A stretch of DNA of 64,000 nt, from positions 1 to 64,000 of the forward strand of contig MCFE01000230.1 in NCBI GenBank assembly GCA_002104905.1, given 5' to 3'. This DNA comes from Basidiobolus meristosporus CBS 931.73 (lineage: Eukaryota; Fungi; Basidiobolomycota). The notes under the pieces are model-generated. The model was not told where the DNA came from. It was given only the letters and a program-made list of their open reading frames with translations, and made no database searches. Within the stretch, counting starts at the first letter, position 1. Each line of letters begins with the position of its first letter. The position numbers were made by a program, and so were the translations under genes. This document shows, piece after piece, positions 11,921 to 25,700 of the stretch.

Positions 11921-14900
11921 TGTTGCAATTTAAGAAGTGATTTGAATATAACAAACCTATCAAGAAATAGTGATAATAGTAGAACTGTTCCTTATTGATA
12001 AAGAAGCTCAGTATTTATACCTTTGTAGAAGTAATACAGCTGTAACACTAATTAAGCAGGGTTTTTCAATATTCAGGAGCATTTTGTGACAGCTCCAGTG
12101 TTAGTACATAACGTCTGGTAATAGTGCTAATCTGATCCTGACTATAGGGGAATAATCATAAGATTGTAGATCTGAAGAAAGTGGCAAAGTTAGAGCTGTT
12201 AATTAGTCCCACAGTCACCAAGACTAGTCCAGCATTGCTAAGTAAATTTTTAGCTGCTGAATAATACCAAATAGTCCAATATTTCAGCACTCCCCCTCAA
12301 CTAAATAATTTCTTAATCCTTATTCCTCCCTGAGATTCTCAGGTTTTGGCCCAGCTAGTGGTTTTGTTAATATATTTGCCACCATTTTGCTAGTTGGACA
12401 GTACTCTAACTCTACTAAGTTATTTTCTACAGCTTCCCTCACAAAGTTGTGCTGTATATCAATGTGCTAAGTTCTGGCATGATTAGTAGGATTTTTAGCT
12501 AATGAAATACAACTTTGATTATCCTTGTATATTCATGTTGGTTCATCCAAATTAAATCCTAAGTCTTTAAATAATCTTTGTAGCCACATAGCCTCCTTAG
12601 TTGCTTGACATGCAGCCATATACTCAGCTTCAGTTGTTGATAGGGCCACAATTGGTTGTTTCTTGCAATTCCAAGTAATAGCAGCATCAGCATAAAGAAA
12701 TACATATCCTGTGGCAGAGTATCTGTCAATTGGATCCCTACCTCAATCTGAATCACTATAACCAGCAAATATTTGCCTATTAGCTGTTCCAGAGTATTTC
12801 AGTACCATATTTATGCTACCTTGTAGATATCTGAAAATCCACTTAACTGCTACAATTTGATCTGATCCATAATTCTGCATGAATTGACTGACTATTCCAG
12901 CTGCCACTGCAATATGTGGATGTGTAGACACCATCAAGTACATTAGGCTACCAATTATTGATTGATATGGAAAGTTTGGTCCATATTTGAGCCATTATAA
13001 GCTATATCTGGCTGAGATTTGCTTAATTTTAGGTTATTGTCCATAGGTTTAGCTGAAGGTTTGCAATTTTCCATTTTGAAGCATCCAAGAATGTCCCTGA
13101 TGTACTTAGACTGATTCAGCACAGTTTTCTGTGCAGCTATGTCATATTAGACTTCAATTCCAAGAAAATAGCTCAATTTTCCAAGATCTTTCATCTCAAA
13201 CTTGCTGAAGATATCTGATTTGATCTGCTTAAGTGCCCCTTGGCCACTTGTAGCTATAATTAGGTTGTCCACATAAAGAACTAGGATGGTCACACCCTTT
13301 TTTAGCAGTTTCACATATTCATTATGCTCTACAGTACTACAAGAGAACCCAATTTCCACTAGATATGTGTCAATCTTGTTGTACCATGCTCTAGGTGCCT
13401 GCTTAAGCCCATACAACAATTTTCTAAGTTTGCACACCTAATGGGGCCCTTTTGGATTGGTAAGACCCTCTGGTTGCTCCATTTATATTCTTTTGTGCAA
13501 ATCCCCACTTAGAAAGGTTGTTTTGACGTCCGTTTGGTGTAGATCCAGACTGTGTACAGCTGCCAGGGCTAGAACAGTCATATTGGAGCTAAACTTTGCA
13601 ACTAGAGCAAATGTTTTCTCAAAGTCTATTCCATGGATCTGGGAATAGCCTTTAGCCACCAATCTAGCCTTGTACTTATCAATGGTACTATTTGAGGTTC
13701 TCATGATCTTGTAGACCCATCTACATCCTTTTTGCTTTCCCTGTTTGGTATATCTACCAGTTCCCACATTTTTGCTTTGATTAGTGATTGGTACTCCTCC
13801 TCCATGGCTTGTTGCCACATAGTAGCATCTGGACTTTGCATTTCCTGTTCCAGATTCTGAGGTTTGGCACATAAGGCAATATAAGCTTCTTCATGATCAT
13901 TGGACATCTGCCACCAGGATCCAGGGGCATTTCTTATTCTGTTAGATCTCCTAACATGGATAATCTGCTTGGATCTGGAACTAGTAGAAGTATCTTCCGT
14001 ATCTGGCTAAATTGGCTTGTGTATTCTTCATTAGTGTTGATTGCATCATCAGGCAGCTGGCCAATGATTTCGGTGGATTTCTGATCTGAATTTTCCTCAA
14101 ATACAATGTCCCTGTTCTTGATCAGCTTCTAAATTTTGCCATCATACACTCTATACCCTTTGGTATCTTCACAATACCTAAGAAAGATCCCTTTCTTACT
14201 CTTTGGTTCTAGCTTTGAGCGTTTTTTGTCAGGGATGTGATAAAAATCATTGCTGCCAAAGATCTTAAGGTACTGGACATCCGGTTTTTCCCTGTATATG
14301 CGTCAAAGGGTGTAGAATCATTTAGTGCTGTTGTTAGGCATCTGTTCTTGATGTATTCCGTGGTAGCAACAGATTCAGCCCAAAACTTGTAGTCCGTTCC
14401 CTTATCATATAGCATAGATCTTCCCATCTCTACTATTGTACTATTTGCATGTTCTGCCACTCCATTTTCCAGTGGAGTATGAGGTGCTGTGGTCTGTCAA
14501 AGTATACCAGTAGATGAGCAGTATTTTGCAAACTCCTTTGAACAGTATTCTCTTGCATTGTCACTTTGTAGTACCTTCAATTTACACCTAGTTTGTGTTT
14601 CTGCTATATTCTTGAGAGGCTTAAACATCTCTGAGGTACTATCCTTTGTTTTGAGGAAGTACACTCATTTATATCTTGTTTTGTCATCAATAAACATCAT
14701 AAAGTATCTCTTGGCTCCAAAGGACAGTGTTGTTGTAGGGCCACATATGTCTGAGTGTACAATAGCCAATAATCTGGTGGTTTTGATGCCTTCTGAGCTC
14801 CTGAAACATTGCCTAGCTTGTTTGCCATATGAGCATCCCTTACAAACATTCAATTTGATTAGAATTGAGTATTTTAGCCCCAAAACAAGCTGATTTTTCA

Positions 14901-16600
14901 CCAATTGGCTCATTTTCTGTTTCCCAGTGTGTCCTAACCTCCTATGCCACATCTTCCAGTTGGTTTCATCAGTTTCAGCAATGCTGAAATACTCAGGTAC
15001 AATGAACGTGCATTGTAGCTTGTATGTGTTGTGATATCTGATTCCCAAAGCTAATTTTTGTCCATTTCCACTCAATATTGAGCAGCTCATCTTAGTAAGA
15101 ACAAGTTTCAGTCATTGAGCAGTTGCTTTACTGACTGAGAGTAGGTTTTTAGCTATTCCAGGTAAGTAGAGTACGTCAGTCAGTCTTGCTGTTGTTGCCC
15201 CTGGGCTATTGCTCATATTTAGTTGTATAGATGTACTGGCAGTAGCTTCCAGAGTAGAGTTATCTCCCAGATGAACCTTTCTTATAGGAATAGTCTTTAA
15301 GTTGCTGAACCACTCCTTTATATTACAAATCTGCTGTGAGGCTCCAGAGTCAATATACTATTCACTACTTTGGTTACTTGCACTCTCTTGTATGGTCACA
15401 ATTAACTGCTCATTAGTAGTTACATGGTTTGCCTGCTCTAGTTTCTGTTTTTTGTCTTCTTGTTTCTTCCTGCATTCTCTTGAACAGTGTCCTGGCTTTT
15501 AACGGTAGTTGCAGCAACCAGGTTTCATTGGTTTTGTTGCTTTCCCTTCTTTTCTGAGTGCCCATCTGAACTGAATAAAGCATTATCTTCAATTTTTTCT
15601 GCTTGCTCATTATGTCTGAGTTCTTCATCACATAGACTTTCTTTGACTTAGTGTTAAGTCAAGTTGTCTTCTCTGCATGCAGAAGAAAGTATGAGTGGCT
15701 CATACTTGTCTTGTAGGCTGCAAAGCAGACAGAGTATCTTTTATTCATCATCTACACCAGCATTAATAGTGTATAGTTCTTCTGCAAGTGTCTCCATTCT
15801 GGTAATGAGTTGTATCATGTCATCATCTGGCTTCTTCCTTATGTTGAAGAACTTTTGTATTAAATAAAGCTTGCTTAATACTGGCTTTGCTCTCAAGATC
15901 TTCTCTAAGGATTCCCATGCTGCTTTGGTGGTATTTAAGGCATGGATTTGTCCAATGAAGGAATCTTGCACATTGATACATATGACATTAAAGGCCTTTC
16001 TCTCCTTCTCTTGAAACTTCTCCACTTCTTCTGCTGGTCCTTTGGGCTCAACTTCTTTTCCTGTTGCTGCATTCCAAAGCTTCCTTTCTTCAAGGTGGGT
16101 ATGCATCTTGATTCTCCAAAGTCTCTAGTACTTTCCATAAAACCTCCCCTTTACAGGAATATGTTTGTGTTGTTCTGTTTGCTGGTGAAAGTTGTCGTTA
16201 GAATAGATTAAGGCAATTGGGGCTCATAACCAGTTGTAATTTTAGATGTGATCTGAATATAAGGAACTTATCAAGAAATAGTGATAATAATAGAACTGTT
16301 GTTTGTTGATAAAGAAGCTCAGTACTTATACCTTTGTAGAAGTAATACAGCTGTAACACTAAGTAAAGAGAGTTTCTCAATATTCAGGTGCATTCTGTAT
16401 CAGTTTCAGGGTTAGTACATAATGTTTCATAATAGTGCTAATTTGATCCTGACTATAGGGGAATAATCATAAGATTGTAGATCTGAAGAAACTGGCATAG
16501 TTAGAGCTGTAAATTAGTCCCACAGTGATCAAGACTAGTCCAGAATTGTTATGTAAATTTTTAGCTGCTGAATGATACCAAATAGTCCAATATTTCAACA
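11921..16600 (-). mobile_element. Full-length decayed Ty1/copia element (family 2)
   Basis: 369-bp LTRs at 11921-12289 and 16232-16600 (about 40 mismatches). PBS GGTTATGAGCCCC at 16219-16231. PPT TTGAGGGGGAG at 12290-12300. Gag (15741-16106), WHRRLGH and HSDICG (14665-15090), [10 protein letters not shown] (13483-13872), LYVDNL (13147-13437) and RNase H. TSD GGGCT/GGGCA. Many stops. Confidence 0.93.
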
Positions 16601-16643
16601 GGGCAATGGTAGTCATCCTTGTCGCTGCTGGCACAGGATGTTG

Positions 16644-17011
16644 TGCTACAAGTCTAGATATTGGAGTTGTGGGAGAATAGGGAGTTTAGCTACCATTATG
16701 TCCACTAAAACTTGAACTGATGTTTTATTGAGGTTCCAACAGCTCCTTATATACATTTTACCAGATCATTTGCTGACTAATTGTATTTCCTAACAAAGGC
16801 GGAGACTGATGACTTAATTGATTGCATCATCATTACCAAATTGTGACTTACTTAATATATCTATTTCTGTCTGAGAAGCAACTGCTGATTCATCTGCTGA
16901 GTAATACTACTGATCTGATAGATATCACTATATACTGACAAACTCAACACAAACCTATTGAATTAAATAAATTCTGATCTAACTTGAACAGTCAAGCATT
17001 AGATTATAACT
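16644..17011 (-). mobile_element. LTR of a gypsy-associated family ('LTR-Y', TGTTACA termini)
   Basis: Aligns with 21620-22080, 27106-27458 and, inverted, 17990-18184. Confidence 0.75.
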
Positions 17012-17029
17012 GTAGTATTTATATACTTA

Positions 17030-18184
17030 GAAGGCACTATCTAGAAGAATGACAAGATGAGATGTATACATTCAGCCACTTGACTTGGAAATTCTATATT
17101 GCCCTGGGAAAGATAGCAGCTACCAAAGCTGCATCAAGACTTGAACAAGTTGCACAACTCAACCTGGTGCACAGACCAGATTGGCCCAGCTCACTACCAA
17201 AGTGCTGAGTATTCAATCCATTCCCAATGAGGTGGATGAAGATATGAAGAAGATCAAATGGGATGAGGCCTGCAAAACTGTAGTACTGGATGAAACACTC
17301 TACTGAATTGTAGATGGATACCCTATTGCACATTGCCCCTATGTTGCTTACCTAGATTTAATGTACAACTACACAAAGGACATGGACATCCTGAAGGAAA
17401 TAAAACCTTGTAAAAGCTGGAGCATGGTGGCCCAGAATGAAACAAGATACTCAGAAGTTAAAAGATATACTTGTTGCCAAATCAACCAAGGCAAACAATA
17501 GAGAATTGCTATACTCTTTCCCTTGGAGCCTCTCAGCCCATCAGTATAAGGGAAATTCACTCTATTGGCAGACTGCCAACTGCCAGGAATTGCTTCCAGT
17601 GGACCCTAGTAGTACTTGACTATGCTACAAAATGGCCAGTTACTAGAGCTGTTCCAGCAGCCAGTGAGCACAATGTTTCAAGTTTCATCTACCAGGATAT
17701 CCTGATGAAGTATGGATGCCCTGGGAAGACTGCATCAGATAGAGGAGTAAACCATATGATAAAAACATTGGAAGCCTTTCTGAAAATGCAGGCAATCATA
17801 TGTTTGAAAGCATTGGCATATTACCCCAGAGATAATGGAGTCATAGAGCAGTTGAATGCATTATCTGGAAAAAGGCCTACTAAGCATGTAAATGAAGCTC
17901 TAAGTAGATGTGTCAAGTGTATTGATCAAGCACTATTTGCATGTCAAGTAAAGGTCACATCTCTACCTAAGAGTTACCAATTTACCTAGGGTTGGCAATG
18001 ATGATGCAATCAAAAGAGTCATCAGCCATAGCCTACATTAGGAAATACAATTAGTCAGCAATTGATCTGGCAAAGTGTATAAGGAGCTGCTGGAGCCTTA
18101 ATAAAAAGCAGTTCAGGTTTTAGTGAATACAACACTAGCTAAACTCCCTATTCCTCTAGAAGTCTTATACCAAGACTTGTAACA
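17030..18184 (+). mobile_element. Gypsy integrase fragment followed by the last ~195 bp of an LTR-Y
   Basis: LDYATKWPVTRAVP...ASDRGVNH...YYPRDNGVIEQLN (17471-17989), homologous to 31720-32330. The LTR ends GACTTGTAACA at 18184. Confidence 0.8.
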
Positions 18185-20142
18185 CTATTGCCATGATGAG
18201 TCATGCGTATACTGCTCCTGGAAGCTACTTGGCTACATTAATATATGACACAGTATATGAGTCATTTGAGGCAAAAACCTGCTCACCTATTTGTTGTTTG
18301 CAAGAAAGAGGCCCAAACAAACTCATCTAGCCCATTCTATGCATATAATGCTTTGGGTTGTTTGTGTGCAGCCATCTCATCAAATACCTCACTCTCAGCA
18401 CATTGTTGATTTTAGTACTTGTCTCTTGGTTTATCTTCCTACAAACCTCTGGTGGCATCTTGACATAGAGCCCATATCACTGCTTTCTATCCAGGTTCTT
18501 GTACCCTGTTCACTCTCAGAAATATAAATATCTGTTAGCTGTGTTGGTAATTCCAACAATCTGTATTAAACTGTATTTCAGACTCTTGGGCCACATTAAC
18601 ATCATTGGCAGAAGCTCAAACAGATCCAACACAGTTTGTCTGATCCTGAATGATCTTGTCCACCAGCAAACAGATTTTCTGGATTTTAGCAAAATTGGGT
18701 TGACCCCTAGCTTGGGGACCATAGTGATAGATTTAGAGACTTATACAGCAGTATAGTGGCATCTACATGCTCTTTTACAAAATATACATGAGGCTAATGT
18801 GATTGATGAGTTTTCTATATATCCTCCATAATGCATTTTGGGCTGTATTGATACTGATAAATCAATTTAGAACAGATTTCCTAGTTGATCACAGACTTGT
18901 GAGTAGGTTGAGAACAGAATCACTATGTTGTTGTTTAAGGATAATTTTTGCAATATAATAATAGGATAAATGGTGATTAAAAAAGAGTCAATTATAATTC
19001 ATGGAGAACCTGATAAATTAGAAAGAATGCACCAAATTGATTTGATTTGTTCCCACTATGTCACTCACCAATTGCATTAAGACTTACTTACTTGAGTGGT
19101 CTTTCTCATCTATCCCACCACCACTACTGAATTTCCTCGGGATAGATTAGAAGGGATCCATGCCAAGTACTTGGATCATCTACTCAAATCCACTCATAGA
19201 CATCCCTTGTTAAGTTTCTCTGCTGTTACAACAACTATTGCCCTACAAGGTTTCATTCCACTATCTATGGCAACAAGAGTCCCAGAGGCTTTCACTTCCA
19301 GCCTACAGCAATGGGAGACCACCTTGCGGAGGATATCAGTGGCTTAGAGCAAGCATTGAGTATTAGGCCTAGAAACTCCAATGAACTTTTGTATCCAAGA
19401 GTGTTCAGCCACAAATAGCATATCAGAAATACTTTGAATACCTTCACTGTGAGGGCTAACCAACCATTGGCAGGGCAGAGGTACATTTCCTCTGGCAAGT
19501 ACAAGGCATGCTCTATAAAGGTTTAAGTAATATGTGACATTCAGGGTAGCACAATCTGGCTTAGTATGCCATTTGCAGTAAATAAGAACAATGCGGCACT
19601 CTGGGTAGAAGTCCATCCAGAATTCTGTAAAGGGGATAAATGTTTGGCAGACTTAACTTATGTAGCTAAGAATTAACAGATATTAGAATTTATTACTGCT
19701 TGCAGGAAGTCAACCAATGGTGTTATTGGAGTGAAGCATAAGCTCATTTTGAAGTATTTAATCATCTCCCAGTGAGTGTAGAGCATGTACTTGAATATCA
19801 AACAAAATTTAGAATAGTGGCAGGTAAACGCATTGGAAAGTCATAAACAGAAGAAATTGGCAGAGTAGGTATAAAAGTACAGATACTTAATAATGCGCAG
19901 CATATTCATAGAAGATGAGACATGCCTGGGGAAATGTGTCTTGGACATTATGAAGAGTAAATCATGCACAAAAGCCACTTTTCAGAGCAGTATAACAAGA
20001 TTTAGAAAAAGTACAAGTAACTTTATCCTGTTGCTGGCATCATGGTAGGGATTGTAGTGCTGGACAGTGGTGAAAGGTGCAAGATTAACTAAGCACTATG
20101 AGCAAGTTAGCACTGACTGCCACTGTCCAGTGAAATAAATTT
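18185..20142 (+). mobile_element. Degenerate second copy of the PIF/Harbinger-like element (transposase +, ORF2 -)
   Basis: Collinear with the reverse complement of 32703-34670. Transposase remnant about 19085-19960 (SGKYKACSIK...LADLTY...YEE*). Decayed TIR ends at 20142, followed by AAT. Confidence 0.85.
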
Positions 20143-20188
20143 AATATCCTGTTGCCAGCATGTGCTGTTTTTGCATAGCTTTTGTAGT

Positions 20189-20610
20189 AGATTTGTTCTG
20201 TTGGATTGTGAGACAAAGTGCCCAACTGATTAAAGTGCTGGACTGATCTTGTACTCACAGCCACACTCTGGCACAGAAATTCATAGCACTATGCTAGTGG
20301 TAGGATATAATTGCAGGTCATTGCTCATTCCTACTGAAATTGCCTTATTTACTATTCATAATGCTCCACACATATTTCTCCCATCAGATGACTTCTTATA
20401 TAAATACTCAATATATTGATAAGATTTGTGACAGTTGTACCAACTCTCTTGTCTTCTCCTGTTTGTGAATTTGCTCTGTATATAGCTGCCTATATGCTGA
20501 ATTCCTTCAGAGATGCAAATTTATGCTCTGCTCTCACTTGGAAATGATCAATTATCTTACAATATAGCTTCAACTTCTTGCTAAGCTCCCCATTCCAAGG
20601 AAGCAAGTTG
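20189..20610 (-). mobile_element. Third (fragmentary) copy of the Harbinger-like element: TIR plus transposase C-terminus
   Basis: Starts AGATTTGTTCTGTTGGATTGTG, preceded by AGT. Aligns with 32703-33140. Confidence 0.75.
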
Positions 20611-21530
20611 CATCATGCAGCTTTGCATTTAGCACATGCAGCCTTACAGTGTTACAGCAATAAGATCAGGTCAGCCCCTGCAATGGCATGCTCTACTATT
20701 TCTACCTGAGATGAGTTTGTGTTGTAAATTCAGGATGCTTTTGGGCCTTCACACCTGCAAATACTACCAAGGTTGAACCTGAAGACACCAAGAGAGAATG
20801 GAATGGTGCAAGAGCATGTCTGAGTATCAAAGTCTACTTAGTCAAATTAAACAAATGAACCCCCTTAATCAAGTTGAATACTACATTGTTGGGCCAAGGG
20901 ATAGATCTTGCAAGGAAGTGAATTGGCAAAGACCTTAGACCATCAAAGAAGCCATCAGGATTGCCATTGACTATGACTCTGATATGTTTGTAGTTGGAAA
21001 GCTTACAGTGGCCAATCATAGAGGCTACAATCACTATGAAAGAAGACAGCTTGAAGTGGTGCTAATGGAAATAGATACTATGCAGAGGTATCTCAGCTCA
21101 GAAGAATGCAGGAAGAAAGGGATTTGTTTCAATTGCCATTACCATGGGGGCAACTCAAAGTACTGCCCTCAGAGAAGATATGGACCCCATTCAACAAGAA
21201 CCTTCCGCTCTATTGATGCCCAAAAACATAGTGATGGGGAGGATAAACTTGAAGAAAACTTAAAATTCACCTTTGGTATGACAAAAGAATACTCAACCAG
21301 AATAAGCTCAAACTTAGGAGAACTATCACAGTAAATGGAGTTATCATTGAGGTACCTGCAATGATCATGAATGACTTTAGAGCATTACACAAGGTCATGT
21401 CAGAACAATCAGCCTTGGAAGCAGGAGTCAACTTGGAAACTGCCAGATCAACTTCTGTTTCAACTGCGGATGAGAACTCTCACATAATTAGCCACATCGC
21501 TCAACCAGTAAGAATGATAATTAATTACTT
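20610..21530 (+). mobile_element. Gypsy gag-protease fragment
   Basis: ORF 20984-21334 (NHRGYNHYERRQ...MEID...CFNCHYHGGNSKYC zinc-knuckle remnant). Aligns with 28620-29480. Confidence 0.8.
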
Positions 21531-21531
21531 T

Positions 21532-22352
21532 TGTTGAAAGTCTTAGTATAGGATCTGTGGAGCAATAGAGAGTTAAGCTACTATTGCATTCACTGAAACT
21601 CAGGTGATCTTTATTGAGGTGTTACAAGTCCTGATACAAAGGTTGTAGAGTAAAAGGGAGTTTGGCTAGTATTTTATTCACTCAAGCATGAACTAGTCTT
21701 TATTGAAATTCTAGCAGCTCCTTGATATAAGAATTTGAGAAGAATAGGGAGTTTAGCTACTACTGTATCCATTAAAACTTGAACTGATTTTTTATTGAGG
21801 TTACAGCAGCTTTGTATATTCATTTTGCCAGATCATTTGCTGACTAATTGCATTTCACAATGTAGGTTGTGGCTGATGACTTAATTGATTGCATCATAAT
21901 TACTTAATAGGATCTTACTCAATACTTATATATCTGACTGATAAGGATCTACTGATTAATTTGATGACTTATACTACTGACTTGATAGATAACACTAATA
22001 TACTGATAAACAAAACATAAAGCGAAATGATTTGTCTAAAAACTGATCTAGCTTAAATATTCAAGCAGTGGACTGTAACAGAGGGTCCTGCAGCTCTTTA
22101 TATTGCTAAGATCATTTACAGACCAACTGTATTTCCTAATGCAGGTTGTGGCCTATGATACATCAAATGCATCATCATAGCCATATTAGCTTTTATAAAA
22201 TCTCTCCATTTCTGTCTGATCTTCTTATTTATCTGCCAAGGAGTATTATTGATTTGATATATAACACTGATATACTGTTAGGCTAAACATAAAACTGATT
22301 GATTTTACCAAAAACTGATATAACTCAGACATTCAACCATCAGATCATAATA
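21532..22352 (-). mobile_element. LTR-Y nested inside another LTR-Y
   Basis: The inner LTR at 21620-22080 (TGTTACA...TGTAACA, with an internal partial duplication) is flanked by GAGG/GAGG. Removing it restores the outer LTR sequence TTATTGAGG-GTCCTGCAGCTC. Confidence 0.75.
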
Positions 22353-22790
22353 TTCTTCCCTATCAAAGATGAGAGGGTGCTCTTCAATCTCTTTTCCTGC
22401 AGTACCAGTAGCTTGAGTGTTAAGCATTGTTGGCAAGTCTTGCAAGCTTGAGTCTGTCTCTATGACCTAGATCTTGCTGGACATTCCCTTAATTGTCTAC
22501 TAGTTGGTAAGTTGCATGTAGATATTCTCTGATGATCTTGAAAGCTACTGTACATTGTAGCTCACACTACTTCCAAGTGATGATTTGTAGCAGTACCAAG
22601 TGCCTAACTGTTATAGCCACTGGTAATGTAGTCTTATCAAATTTTGGCTTAATCTTTTCTGCACTATTGCAGAATTTGGCCTGTTCCTCCTGACACTTTT
22701 GCTCCAATTACTGGTGTCTACTATGCTGGCAGAGCTCATCCTCCATGTTACCAGTAACTTGTAGCTATGTGCAATATACTGGAGTCCTTG
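22353..22790 (-). mobile_element. Gypsy integrase C-terminal fragment
   Basis: The reverse complement aligns with 32400-32700. Confidence 0.7.
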
Positions 22791-22799
22791 GTGAACATT

Positions 22800-25700
22800 C
22801 ATACACTAAGTAAAATGGCAACTGTAGGGTTGTGCCCTGAATCAGCAGGCAAACAGGGCTTGGCCATTATGCTCATCCCATCCACCAGTAGGGTACTTCA
22901 TCCTATGAAAAATAATCTGGACCTTCAGGGTGGATGCCATCCAGATCAGCCATCAGGATCCTGCAATGAGTCCATCATAATGCCAGCAGCTTGGAACTAT
23001 TGACCCTCCACAGAATTTGATGATGGGGTTGTTGTGGTGTTTTGCCAATTTTACTGCCAAATATAGTAAAAAACTTGGTGATGTTAGATCAGGCTTTTGA
23101 TAGGTATTGCATGACATTCAAACAGTCTTAATGCACTCTACATTTGGTTGATCAGACATAACCATCCAATATGTTCAATTGTCTTATATGGCTAGTAACT
23201 TGACAGTGTACTGACAACCTTATTGCAAACCTCTGCCAGCACTAAAATGGCAGTACATTGTCCTAAAGCTAATGCTATATAATGATACCTCACCACTTTA
23301 CCAAATGGAATTTTCTTTTTCTACCTCCCCTTGTGCCATTCCTATATTCACTGTAAAGTCACCCCTCTATATTTGCTTATCCACCACTACCTTGGGTAGT
23401 CCATACATAGTTCAAATCAATAAACACTATGGCCTCCTGCTTACCAACCTTTATAAACATGCAAACCTGCTGTAATTTACACACTTCTATTACCTCAACT
23501 TTGCAGCATTTTTGTGTGATAGTTGCAAAGTTGGCATATTCCTTGTATTGCTGGTAACATATACATCTTGCCAATATATGCTTGGTTGCTGCCACTTTTG
23601 CCATCAATACCTTCTGAATATCTGCAAAGAACTTCTTGGAATTTAACCAAAATATTACTTCTTCCTGCTTGATTCTAGTCCTGCTTATAGTTGCACTCTG
23701 GTTCTTGTTTGTGTAAATTCCGCATTGCATATTGTAGAAACTGACTTGTGACCAAGAGAGAAATTGCACACCTTGATATGGTTACCCTAATAAGAATGAG
23801 TTGCTTGTTGCATTCAGCCCAACTTTGCTTTACTTAACTGATTACCCATGCAATAGGGCTGCTTAGTGTATCAATGGCAAAGGTATTGGTGTGTCCAGGT
23901 GCACATTCATCATCAGTATATTCCAGCTCTTGCTGGCTGTCCTGCATGTCCCAGCTCATCAATTCCATGACAGACTTGGAGATGATATTCTGATGCAATT
24001 TGGATATGATAGTACTGACACCTTGACTTGCCTTCCTATCTCTCTACACACCTGCTCCATAGGAAACTCCCAAGAGCCAAGCAAGGTCAAATACTTTCCC
24101 CACACTAGGCAAGATGAAGTAGAGAGAGGAAGCAGTAGCAGCAGAGATTTAGGCATTCAGCTTTATATTTGAAGTATAGCTGCCAAAGTCTATCACAAAC
24201 TTATTGCATAAAGCTGTAGATGCATTGTGATGATGTCAATGTACTCCTAGGGGAAGCTACAGAACACAAGGTGTGTGAGGTGTCTGATAGGTGTAATAAC
24301 CTCTGGGTCTAAACTGCTGGTGTCTTTGTCAATATGTCACCAAGGTAAAAGCTCCTGCTTCTCTAGCTTCCTAGATGCTCCAAGTGTCTCCAAAGGCCTC
24401 TATGTGTCTTGTGCACTACCATGCAAAGCTCCTTGATGGCAGGTCAGAGGTGAACTGTGAAAGGTTGGTGCAGAGACCAACTGCTAATCCATAAGGAAGT
24501 GTAATATTGATAGAAGGGAAAATTTATTGATGAGATATTAACTTCCCTTAAAACTTTCCCAGATTGCCAAGTGATGACTAATACAAGGTTCTAGAAGATT
24601 CCAGGCCTTAGTAAAATTCTGAATGTCATCACCATGAGCTAAAAATAATCCAAAAAGGTCCTGGAGGCTCTAAATGCCACAGCACATCCATCCAATCAGG
24701 GATCAGTAGCCAGAAACCTGTGTAACAATGATATACCATATAAGATATTGAAATGGTAGGAATGGTAACACAGACTTAGGTCATGTTCATGGGAACTGAC
24801 ATGGGTGCTTACCTAATGTGGATACATATACTGATCACAAAGCTGAATAACATCTGAGATAAATAATGCTAACCACTAATCAGGGTTAACATAATATGGG
24901 GATAATACCCATAATATGGGCAAAGTAGAATCAGATTTCTCTGGTATCTTGAAGGGCTCAATTAGCTTGAAATCCCCCTGGTACAACTTGTTCATTAGTA
25001 TAGGAATATTGTTGAAAAGTAAGTGCATTGATCCCAGTGAACAGTTTTTAAACCAATAGGTACCCTCTATTTCAAGAATCTTTCATTTGCAAAAAATTCC
25101 ATATTCAAACCAATGGCTCATAGATTGCCAACTTTGCTGCAATTGCATGCTGAAATCTGTATGTTCTCTTGGTGGGAAAATGATGTACTTAGTGTTGATG
25201 CTTGAATAATAATAATGTGTGTGAGTTATGGTGTAGATCCCCAGGATCTCACACATTTAACAGCAGCACCATCCACTGTGCCCAGAAAAGCCAGCTTTCT
25301 TGCTGATGGCTTGGATATCTCCAAGGCAGATCATAATATGCACTTTGACATTACAACCACTTGGTGATATCACATTGAAAAGCATACAAAATTCATCTAG
25401 CATTGGATGCAGGTGGCTGTCCAGGTTGGACAGTGCACTAGGCCCTTATACCAGTGAGACTACTATAAGATTTCTGCTCTGATACCTTACAATAGGTGGC
25501 AGTTTCAGGTTGATAGAATCAATGGCTAGCAGGATTTGCTGGTAGGGTACTGTTTAATGAAAGATCATCCAGTGCCAAGGGAAAGGCATGGTCATACATA
25601 CCTGCAAGGTAGCGCTTGCTTCATAATATTTGAAATGTTTGCTGTCAAGTATATTGGAGATGTTTTTGCTTGATTGATATCAAGTGAGGCACTTTATAGC

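Larger units (their letters stand above)
8790..16643 (-). mobile_element. Decayed Ty3/gypsy element A (gag, protease, RT, RNase H), host to two nested insertions
   Basis: TDASDYAIGGVLSQ (9015-9284), RT C-terminus KLAKCEF (9288-9497), protease region 10321-10700. Gag at 10800-11379, 11726-11920 and 16601-16643 aligns with 28330-29100. No own LTRs or integrase seen. Confidence 0.85.
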
